DNA of 24,000 bases from assembly GCF_000826205.1 (NCBI RefSeq), contig NZ_CDHL01000025.1, one strand, 5' to 3'. Of the stretch, positions 1-6,575 are shown one piece after another. The DNA is from Citrobacter pasteurii. Lineage in GTDB: Bacteria > Pseudomonadota > Gammaproteobacteria > Enterobacterales > Enterobacteriaceae. The number at the start of each line of letters is the position of its first letter. Within the stretch, counting starts at the first letter, position 1. The translations under genes were made by a program, and so were the position numbers. The notes beneath the pieces were generated by a model. The model worked only from the letters and a program-made list of their open reading frames with translations, searched no databases and had not been told where the DNA came from.

Positions 1-52
1 TATGAAGTATGAAGTATGAAATAATAAAATCTATTTTACATTATAGTCTCAG

Positions 53-79
53 AAGGCCGCTAAAACGGCCTTTCTTCTG
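53..79 (+). terminator. terminator-like hairpin at window edge
   Basis: Stem AAGGCCG (53-59) pairs with CGGCCTT (66-72) around a 6-nt loop, followed by a T-rich tail. It probably ends a gene lying upstream of the window. Confidence 0.4.
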
Positions 80-291
80 TCCGTTCTCTCGCAAATTCTT
101 TCACCCGTTTCCCCTGCCTGAATCGCAAAATTCACATAGCACACTGCATTCTCATCATCCATCAAGTATCAGGAAGTCGGAGAACAGTTGGCTGATGACC
201 ACCCGTTACGAAACTCACCGGCACCTCTACAAATTACCACTGGAAGTGGTAGAGTTTGCTGAAAAGTAACTATAGAACTAAGGATTATTAT

Positions 292-615
292 ATGTATCAG
301 GAAGTACTTGATGCGCTGAATGAAGAGAAAACAACTCGTCAGCATATGAATAAAATGAAAAAACTTTTTGATAAGGCAACAGAACCCAAGCTAAAAAAAA
401 TGATTGGTGCCGTTGGTTCTGAGTATGAAAAATGGCTTAAGAGTTTCACAAAATTAGCCAACCAAAAAACATATAGCCCGATCAGCAAGCAACAAAATGT
501 AGCTAAAGCAGAAGCTGCTAGAAAGCAAAAATTCATTCCTTCCATACCAATGAAAGACGGAACTGTACCCTTATCTGTCTCGGCACTTATAACTTACTGT
601 AATAGCATGATCTAA
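292..615 (+). CDS. hypothetical small Lys-rich protein (107 aa)
   Basis: First ATG inside ORF 256..615, with AAGGA about 7 nt upstream. The protein starts MYQEVLDALNEEK. No motif recognised. Confidence 0.45.
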   Translation: MYQEVLDALNEEKTTRQHMNKMKKLFDKATEPKLKKMIGAVGSEYEKWLKSFTKLANQKTYSPISKQQNVAKAEAARKQKFIPSIPMKDGTVPLSVSALITYCNSMI

Positions 616-617
616 AA

Positions 618-698
618 CTTCCGTTCCGACCGGAGCGTAGCCCGGTCAGTTCTGCATTCCCCTCGAACCTGGACACTCAGGTTATTCCGTCCAGTTCT
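618..698 (+). repeat. 43-nt intergenic repeat family, copy R1 (degenerate copy 618-655 + full copy 656-698)
   Basis: 656-698 ATTCCCCTCGAACCTGGACACTCAGGTTATTCCGTCCAGTTCT aligns ungapped with 1742-1784 at 33/43 positions. The preceding ...GGTCAGTTCTGC (644-655) repeats the 3' end of the unit. Confidence 0.7.
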
Positions 699-788
699 TT
701 TTGTTATTATTAACTATATGTGGCCTAGAGCAGAATTTGATCGATAAACGGTTAGGCCATTTGAGAGGCCTTTTTAGGAGTTATTCGT

Positions 789-1670
789 ATGAAAGATGAA
801 GTAAAAAGATTAAAACCACTTCCGGAAGTTCTAAGGAGATTGTTTTCTCTATCTGGTAATTTATGTTGCTTCCCTGGATGCGGTCAGTCAATGATAGATC
901 CCTCCGGCAATTTTGTGGGCCAGGTTTGTCATATTGAAGCAGCCAATACGGGTGGGGAGCGATTTAATGACAAGATGTCGAACGAGGATAGGCGCAGCTT
1001 TGATAACTTAATGTTACTATGTTACCCGCATCATATTGAAACAAATGATACAGTAAAATATGATGTTCTATCCTTAAAAAAGATGAAAGAAGAACATGAA
1101 AAAATCTTCTCCGATGATTTAATTGCCAACAAAATATTATTAAGCTTGAAGGATTACACCATAGATAGCTCGTTCAAAAAAGTATCAAATCTAAAAAATC
1201 TGTACAAAACTGTTTTTCCAGAGAATTATAAAATGGCTGAAGATGAAATGAATGATGCCGTAAATGCTTTTAATTCATCTATTGCCAAGTATTTATCATT
1301 AACTCCGTACTCAAGGAAAGTATTTGCTTGTGGAATAGCAAGATCAAATCACCCGTACAGTCTTTACCGTATAGATAATGATTCATTATATGTTGATGTA
1401 ACTGAGGTATGTAGAGCATTTGGTCGTGAAACAGATGATAGCGATATTCACAACTCTTTTAATGAAATTATAGCTAAGAATCTCATGCTCATCTCTGAGG
1501 TTAACATACACGTAGATTATGAAGTGGATAGGCTTGTATATACAAACTGCCTTGATCATAACGATTACGATCTAAATATATGGTTATTGCTAAAAAACTA
1601 CTGTAAAGAATCACAGATTGATATACGAAACTATCTTAGTGACTTAAACTTTAGTGGCTTAGATGATTGA
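789..1670 (+). CDS. HNH endonuclease-domain protein with unknown C-terminal domain (293 aa)
   Basis: AGGAG lies 8 nt upstream of the ATG. The N-terminus reads CCFPGCGQSM...GQVCHIEAANTGGERFN...FDNLMLLCYPHHIE, which is the CxxC / His / Asn / HH pattern of HNH (beta-beta-alpha-Me) nucleases. The C-terminal ~170 aa are unassigned. Confidence 0.75.
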   Translation: MKDEVKRLKPLPEVLRRLFSLSGNLCCFPGCGQSMIDPSGNFVGQVCHIEAANTGGERFNDKMSNEDRRSFDNLMLLCYPHHIETNDTVKYDVLSLKKMKEEHEKIFSDDLIANKILLSLKDYTIDSSFKKVSNLKNLYKTVFPENYKMAEDEMNDAVNAFNSSIAKYLSLTPYSRKVFACGIARSNHPYSLYRIDNDSLYVDVTEVCRAFGRETDDSDIHNSFNEIIAKNLMLISEVNIHVDYEVDRLVYTNCLDHNDYDLNIWLLLKNYCKESQIDIRNYLSDLNFSGLDD

Positions 1671-1702
1671 ATGGAAGTCTTTTTTTCAATCCAAAACCGA
1701 CT

Positions 1703-1723
1703 GGCCGCAGCAGCGGCCTTTCT
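1703..1723 (+). terminator. rho-independent terminator of the HNH gene
   Basis: GGCCGC (1703-1708), loop AGCA, GCGGCC (1713-1718), then TTTCT. It sits 33 nt after the stop codon. Confidence 0.6.
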
Positions 1724-1741
1724 ACTGTTATGACACCTTTA

Positions 1742-1784
1742 ATTCCACACGCAGTTAGACATAAAGGTAATTCCGTCCAGTTCT
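1742..1784 (+). repeat. 43-nt intergenic repeat family, copy R2
   Basis: ATTCCACACGCAGTTAGACATAAAGGTAATTCCGTCCAGTTCT matches R3 at 37/43 positions and R1 at 33/43. The upstream TTTA is also shared with R3. Confidence 0.8.
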
Positions 1785-1821
1785 GCTGGCTGTGCAAGAT
1801 CTGGCCTGGTATATTTACTGT

Positions 1822-2070
1822 ATGGAAATCCTAATCGCTCTGACCATTGCCGCCGTTCCTGCTGCTTATGTGGTATGGACTCGCTATTTCCGCATTTTCC
1901 CGCTGTCCTATTTCGGCATAGAGAATGTACAAAGGGTTGCCAAATGGGAAAGCCCCGAATGGCGCGAACGTGTGTTTGCACGCGGGGGGATGACCAGTAA
2001 CGAGTGGATCAGGATTAATACCCGCCAACTTGAAGCTATCAACGCAGAGCTACGCCGCCGGAATCTTTAA
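1822..2070 (+). CDS. hypothetical small protein with N-terminal transmembrane helix (82 aa)
   Basis: ATG at 1822 inside ORF 1792..2070. MEILIALTIAAVPAAYVVW is hydrophobic, and the tail is basic. A weak hairpin plus T6 lies at about 2090-2112. The gene is flanked by R2 and R3. Confidence 0.45.
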   Translation: MEILIALTIAAVPAAYVVWTRYFRIFPLSYFGIENVQRVAKWESPEWRERVFARGGMTSNEWIRINTRQLEAINAELRRRNL

Positions 2071-2125
2071 CTTTCTTGATAGCTTCATCAGGCTGCGCCA
2101 GCGGCTTTTTTGCGCCCCCCGTTTA

Positions 2126-2168
2126 ATTCCCCGCGCAGTTAGACATAAAGGTAATTCTGTCTAGCTCA
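2126..2168 (+). repeat. 43-nt intergenic repeat family, copy R3
   Basis: ATTCCCCGCGCAGTTAGACATAAAGGTAATTCTGTCTAGCTCA matches R2 at 37/43 positions in the same orientation. Confidence 0.8.
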
Positions 2169-2169
2169 C

Positions 2170-2190
2170 AAAAAAAGCCGCTTTCGCGGC
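2170..2190 (-). terminator. rho-independent terminator of the DinJ-like gene
   Basis: The minus strand reads GCCGC-GAAA-GCGGC followed by a run of 7 T, 35 nt after the stop codon. Confidence 0.8.
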
Positions 2191-2224
2191 TGTTTGAGCA
2201 GTATTTGTATTTATTCAACCACTT

Positions 2225-2752
2225 TCATTTCTTGGTTGAGTGAACTACATGAGCCACTTTATCCCCAAATTCCTGGACAGCAAATACAAAACTCGTTTGT
2301 TCTAGCGTAGAAAACGTTACTTTCTCATAGCCATACCCGAAATTTTGAGAATCAACAAGAATACTCATAGCTTTATTAAAGGCATTCAGCGCCAGTTCAG
2401 CATCCCGATTATTAGAAAGAAGGCTGATTTTCTCTTTGGCACAACGGTACAGTGCATCGAGGCGGCGGTAATATTCCTTCAGTTTGACCTTTTCAATCCC
2501 GTCCGGCTGTTCAGTCCATACCTGTAAATTAGAGATCACTGCGAGAGCTTCAGCTAACATATCTGAACTTTCACGTAACAAATCATGCGGCGTTTTTACA
2601 ATGGAGGTGATCACAAACGGCAGTTTCTTCTGCTCAGCAAGATACTGATAAAAAGCCGCAATAGCCTGAGTTTGGCTGATATTCAGCAGCTTCAGTACTT
2701 CATCAGCCTGGTTCTTTATATCATCGTCAATACGTGCATTAATGGTCGCCAT
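2225..2752 (-). CDS. RelB/DinJ-type ribbon-helix-helix N-terminal domain fused to unknown helical C-terminal domain (175 aa)
   Basis: AAGGAG RBS. The N-terminus MATINARIDDDIKNQADEVLKLLNISQTQAIAAFYQYLAEQKKLPF closely follows the DinJ pattern (ARIDEDLKNQA...LPF). No toxin ORF is adjacent. Confidence 0.7.
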   Translation of the reverse strand: MATINARIDDDIKNQADEVLKLLNISQTQAIAAFYQYLAEQKKLPFVITSIVKTPHDLLRESSDMLAEALAVISNLQVWTEQPDGIEKVKLKEYYRRLDALYRCAKEKISLLSNNRDAELALNAFNKAMSILVDSQNFGYGYEKVTFSTLEQTSFVFAVQEFGDKVAHVVHSTKK

Positions 2753-2785
2753 CGTTCCGCTCCTTGAGGTGATTACATATCAACC

Positions 2786-2838
2786 ATAATGCATATTTGC
2801 ATTACACGCAACAAAAATAATGCAAATATGCATTACAC
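2786..2838. promoter_or_regulatory. paired operator repeats upstream of the DinJ-like gene
   Basis: ATAATGCATATTTGCATTACAC (2786-2807) and ATAATGCAAATATGCATTACAC (2817-2838). The 18-nt cores TAATGCATATTTGCATTA and TAATGCAAATATGCATTA are exact reverse complements of each other. They overlap a minus-strand TTGTTG-17-CATTAT promoter candidate. Confidence 0.6.
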
Positions 2839-2866
2839 TGCTTTTTTACCTTCCTTTTTGCCACAT

Positions 2867-2891
2867 TGGACGTTCCGGTGATTCCGTCCAT
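2867..2891 (+). repeat. 43-nt repeat family, partial copy R4 (3' half only)
   Basis: TGGACGTTCCGGTGATTCCGTCCAT matches positions 15-39 of R1 at 20/25. Confidence 0.5.
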
Positions 2892-3060
2892 TAAAACAGA
2901 ACATAATCGGATTGCCGTCTACGCTAAACAACAGACATACGAAGAAATGCTATTTACCCTGGACATTCCGGCACTATCGGAAAAAATGTCCAGAGAAGCA
3001 TTTATGCAGATCGTATTTATTCGGGTTGACAGAAAGCTAAAATTATAGGCTGATTTAATC

Positions 3061-3840
3061 TCAACCCCGTCCTTTCAGCATGGCCACCGCATCCGCTTCG
3101 GGCATCTGAAACTGCACCCGGTGACGCGCCGCGACATCGAGCGCAAACACCTTCGTATAGACCTCCGTCGAGCTGATCGACTTGTGGCCCATCAGCGCCT
3201 GCAGCACCTTCAGTGGAATGCCGGCATACAGCATATGCATGGCGTAAGAGTGGCGGAACGTGTGCGGCGTCACCGGTACCGAGAACGTCACGCCGTCGGC
3301 CGCCGCGGTATCTACCGCTTCATTCAGCCAGGTGCGAACCGTGCGGTCGGTGATCTCCCAGATACGCGCCTTCTCCGTTCGCCCGGTGCGTTTGTTGCGC
3401 CGCTCCAGTGGAATTTTCAGCGTGGCCACCATCATCTGCAGCTGGCTGACGTACTGGTGATCGGATAGCGGAACCAGACGATGTGCCTGGATACCGGCGG
3501 GCGCGCGTCCGGCGGTCCGGGCTGCTTTTTCCGCGCGCTGTTTCAGCGTGGCCAGCTGCACAAACGGATACGGCGGCGCCAGCGAAAAATCCCCTCGAGT
3601 AAGCGCCAGTGCCTCGTTAACGCGGGCGCCCGTATTCCAGAGGGTGGCCAGCAGCATCTTACGGTGCAGATCGGGCACATAGTGGAGCAGGGCGCTCACT
3701 TCCGGCGCCAGCAGGTATTTCGGCAGTTCGTCCTGAACGAGCGCCATCTGCCGTAAGGCCAGTGCTGCGGGATAGTCGATGGTCACAGGCAGGGCGGCCA
3801 TTGAGCCCTGAGAAGTAACTGAAGGTATGAGGCCAGTCAT
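3061..3840 (-). CDS. tyrosine site-specific recombinase (plasmid resolvase/integrase, XerC/D-like, 259 aa)
   Basis: Catalytic signature: WNTGARVNEAL (Arg), HTFRHSYAMHML (HxxR), GHKSISSTEVYTKV (Tyr nucleophile). The gene is GC-rich. It resembles ResD-type multimer resolution recombinases of F-like plasmids. Confidence 0.9.
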   Translation of the reverse strand: MTGLIPSVTSQGSMAALPVTIDYPAALALRQMALVQDELPKYLLAPEVSALLHYVPDLHRKMLLATLWNTGARVNEALALTRGDFSLAPPYPFVQLATLKQRAEKAARTAGRAPAGIQAHRLVPLSDHQYVSQLQMMVATLKIPLERRNKRTGRTEKARIWEITDRTVRTWLNEAVDTAAADGVTFSVPVTPHTFRHSYAMHMLYAGIPLKVLQALMGHKSISSTEVYTKVFALDVAARHRVQFQMPEADAVAMLKGRG

Positions 3841-3907
3841 GATCGGTATCTCAGTATCATTAGTTGTTCAGGTAAGTCTGATGGATTTTTCGCGCCGTTT
3901 CTGGCTG

Positions 3908-4516
3908 TCAGAAGCTGTCCAGAATTTGATTCCATTCGGCCTTACAGTCCAGCAGGTACCGGAGGCCGTTGTCGACCCCGTCAAGTAAATCGGAAGCCTC
4001 TCCCATTTTTTCCCCAAAGCGGCGGGTGTTGACGTAATGAATTCCTTCAAGGCTCCGGGTGCCGTCATTTCTCCTGGCATATCGGAAATCTGTCGCCCGT
4101 TCATCCGCTTGGTGAAGAGCTTTAACCACCTCTTTGACGATTTTAAAATCGGAAGGCCGGTAGCTGTCATCAACTTCTAGGATCAGTTTTTGTGCCAGCG
4201 GCCATAGATTATTCAGGTTATGGTCATCTTTTTTGTACTGGTGTTTATCCGGGTCTTCTGCCAGTGCAAGGGCCAGTCCGATAATTTGTTTGATAAGGAG
4301 CTCCAAGTGATGTCGGTAGAGAAACAACACCGGATAAACCAGAAAATCCTGGTCCCGCCCGGATTCATCAATGTGGTTAATCAGAATATCAGCAGCTCGC
4401 CTGTAACCTTCGGTATAAGCTGTACCATGATCCGACATGTAATTCAGGCAGGCATTATTGTGCCAGTCGCTGTCGCTGGCCAGCAGCCCCGGTTCTAACG
4501 TTTTTCCCTTTTTCAT
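3908..4516 (-). CDS. hypothetical protein (202 aa), possible HEPN-like helical protein
   Basis: GGAG lies 5 nt upstream of the ATG. The composition looks helical. Motifs LFLYRHHLELLIK and TDFRYARR recall Abi/HEPN-like helical bundles, but I cannot place a canonical Rx4-6H motif. Confidence 0.6.
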   Translation of the reverse strand: MKKGKTLEPGLLASDSDWHNNACLNYMSDHGTAYTEGYRRAADILINHIDESGRDQDFLVYPVLFLYRHHLELLIKQIIGLALALAEDPDKHQYKKDDHNLNNLWPLAQKLILEVDDSYRPSDFKIVKEVVKALHQADERATDFRYARRNDGTRSLEGIHYVNTRRFGEKMGEASDLLDGVDNGLRYLLDCKAEWNQILDSF

Positions 4517-4585
4517 TTCAGCTCCAGAATCTTTTAACAGCCCCGGTTCGGTACCTTATCCGGAAATCCCGCCTACTGTATGTAT

Positions 4586-4936
4586 TCAGCGGTCAGCAGC
4601 CAGTTCTTCAGCCAGCTTCACAAACCCTTTGTGCTCAGTCTGCAGGTAATGACTGTAAATCCGGGCATCACGTTCTGTCAGTCCGGATGGATTACCGGTG
4701 AAGTAACGTTGTAGCACCGCAATACAGTGATTGTAGGTATCGAGATCATATTCCCAGTTTCCCAGCTCACCGGCCGCATCCAGCTCCCGGCGAAACTGCT
4801 CGTATTTACGGAGCAGAATGCCAAGACCTAATTCTGTTGCAGCATAAACATTATTTTCTCCTGGCGCGGAAATCGCATTACGGATTTTTTCAAAAGCATA
4901 ACTGAAATCATTTCTCTCATTGAATGCAGTAAACAT
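4586..4936 (-). CDS. hypothetical protein (116 aa), upstream partner of 3908..4516
   Basis: Strong GAGGAAAGGA RBS. Same strand as the 202-aa ORF and 69 nt upstream of it. No motif recognised. Confidence 0.6.
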   Translation of the reverse strand: MFTAFNERNDFSYAFEKIRNAISAPGENNVYAATELGLGILLRKYEQFRRELDAAGELGNWEYDLDTYNHCIAVLQRYFTGNPSGLTERDARIYSHYLQTEHKGFVKLAEELAADR

Positions 4937-5364
4937 GTCCTTTCCTCAGTTGAATAGTTAGCCGTGCAATTTTACCACACCTCAATCATCGCCAGATGAG
5001 TGCCACTCTGTTGAGAAAGTGACTTTCACAAAAATGAATTTCACATACTGAAATAATAAGCAGACATATAAACACTCTATTAAATTACCGGGCGGCGGTT
5101 TTCAGATGATCCGATTTTCTGGCGTATAACAACTTTCCGGAAGTGTACCACGGTGAGGGAATAAGCAAAGTGTCCTTCCCGGTGGTGTTCGTGCGGTCAC
5201 GGGGAAGCGGATAAGCACAACATATAGATGAGAACCCAGCTGATAGAGTGGCATATCTTGTGTTTTCAGGCCGCAGCGCGTCGGAGGTGGCGTGAAGATC
5301 CTTTTCTGGTATTTTTCGGATCTCAGCAGAAAAAAGAAGCGTCGTGCGGAATCACATGATGATA

Positions 5365-5381
5365 AATGACATCATGTCATT
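5365..5381. promoter_or_regulatory. perfect 17-bp palindrome, candidate operator of the RHH-KAP operon
   Basis: AATGACAT-C-ATGTCATT lies about 100 bp upstream of ATG 5479. TTGACT at 5385-5390 is a possible -35. Confidence 0.5.
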
Positions 5382-5478
5382 AAATTGACTGAATGAAATA
5401 ATGGTGATTAACTCAGATAGAGCTAATTCATTCATGCCACTTACCTCACCTCAAACACCACCGATGACAGGAGCGACC

Positions 5479-6573
5479 ATGCTGAGCCAGCTGACCCTGC
5501 GCTTTCACAAAAAACTCATCGAGGCACTGAAAATGCGTGCCGGCCACGAAAACACCTCGGTGAACGCCCTCGCAGAACGTTTTCTCGACAGCGCGCTGAA
5601 AACCGCCGCCCCGGAGGACAGCTATCTGGCGCTGCTCGCCGATCGCGATGAAGCCATCCGCGGGATGTACCGCAAAATTATGCTCGGCCAGACCTTCGGC
5701 CTGGCGCCGGTCACCCGTGACGAACTGCGGCTGCTGCTCGGACTGGCCCAGGAAGGCTGTGTCCACGGCCGCAACCGGCTGGTCACCCGCCCGGCCCTGC
5801 AGATGCTGCTCGACATCACCGGGGAACTGCTGGCCTGGCAGGCGGAGCAGGGGATACCTATCGATCTGCCGTACCTGCAGGGCATTTTTCACCTGCAGGG
5901 AACGGCGCCAGCCACCGAATACGCGGACTTTCTCGCGACGCTGCGCCAGCGCCCGATCATCGACCAGGGCTATGCCGAACGGCTGCTGCGCCCGCTGGCG
6001 TCACAGTGCTTCGATCTGCGCACCTTCCCGGATGAGGCCCTGGCGCAGATCTTCACCCTGCCACGCCTGCAGGCGCTGTTCCCGCTGGCGCTGCGGGGTG
6101 AACCCTGGAGTGAGGCGGATGCACGCCAGCTGGCGGAGGCCACCCGCCCCGTGATCCCGGCAGTCCGGGAGACAATAGAGGCAGGCACGCTGCGGTTCGA
6201 TATTCAGGTGGACGGACAGGCGATAGCGTCACGGCCCGGCGGCTGGTATGAGGTTCCGCGCCTGCACCTGCTGATCACCGGTCAGGATTTTGTCGTGCCG
6301 TTCGGCTGGACTCATTTCTCGGAGCTGCTGGGCCTGTTCACCCTGTATGCCCGCCATCCGGACGCACTCGCGCATGGCCATCACGGCGAGCACGTGATGT
6401 TCTCACCGCCGGGCAATGCCTCAAAGGACGGCTTTTTTGGCCTCGATGGGCTGCGGATCTTCCTGCCACCGGAGGACTTCGACACGCTGGTCCGTGAGCT
6501 GGTTACCCGCTGCAGTGAAGGGATGCTGGCTGATGCGCTGAATGGCCTGCGCGGCCTGTACGGAGATTTGTAA
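5479..6573 (+). CDS. ribbon-helix-helix (Arc/CopG-like) N-terminal domain protein with large unknown C-terminal domain (364 aa)
   Basis: AGGAG lies 5 nt upstream of ATG 5479, which is internal to ORF 5401..6573. MLSQLTLRFHKKLIEALKMRAGHENTSVNALAERFL has the strand-helix-helix pattern. The stop codon is 2 nt before the next ATG. Confidence 0.7.
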   Translation: MLSQLTLRFHKKLIEALKMRAGHENTSVNALAERFLDSALKTAAPEDSYLALLADRDEAIRGMYRKIMLGQTFGLAPVTRDELRLLLGLAQEGCVHGRNRLVTRPALQMLLDITGELLAWQAEQGIPIDLPYLQGIFHLQGTAPATEYADFLATLRQRPIIDQGYAERLLRPLASQCFDLRTFPDEALAQIFTLPRLQALFPLALRGEPWSEADARQLAEATRPVIPAVRETIEAGTLRFDIQVDGQAIASRPGGWYEVPRLHLLITGQDFVVPFGWTHFSELLGLFTLYARHPDALAHGHHGEHVMFSPPGNASKDGFFGLDGLRIFLPPEDFDTLVRELVTRCSEGMLADALNGLRGLYGDL

Positions 6574-6575
6574 CC

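Noticed and set aside
9-269. 86-aa ORF at the window start
   Set aside because: It runs straight through a terminator-like hairpin (53-79). It has low-complexity Ser/His/Pro-rich sequence and no RBS, so it is probably non-coding.
1751-2147. Integron attC interpretation of the 43-nt repeats (GTTAGAC fits the GTTRRRY core)
   Set aside because: There is no inverse core (RYYYAAC) partner and no IntI-type integrase with the characteristic insertion. Copy R1 also lacks the GTT core. Only the looser idea of recombinase sites is kept as a hypothesis.
2866-3048. 60-aa ORF between repeat R4 and the recombinase gene
   Set aside because: It has a TTG start that lies inside the repeat, no RBS and no motif. 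It cannot be excluded as a small gene, but it is not supportable.
4937-5364. About 430-bp gene-free stretch between the divergent unknown pair and the RHH-KAP operon
   Set aside because: I found no ORF, repeat or hairpin convincing enough to call. It probably holds divergent promoters, so I did not report it as a feature.
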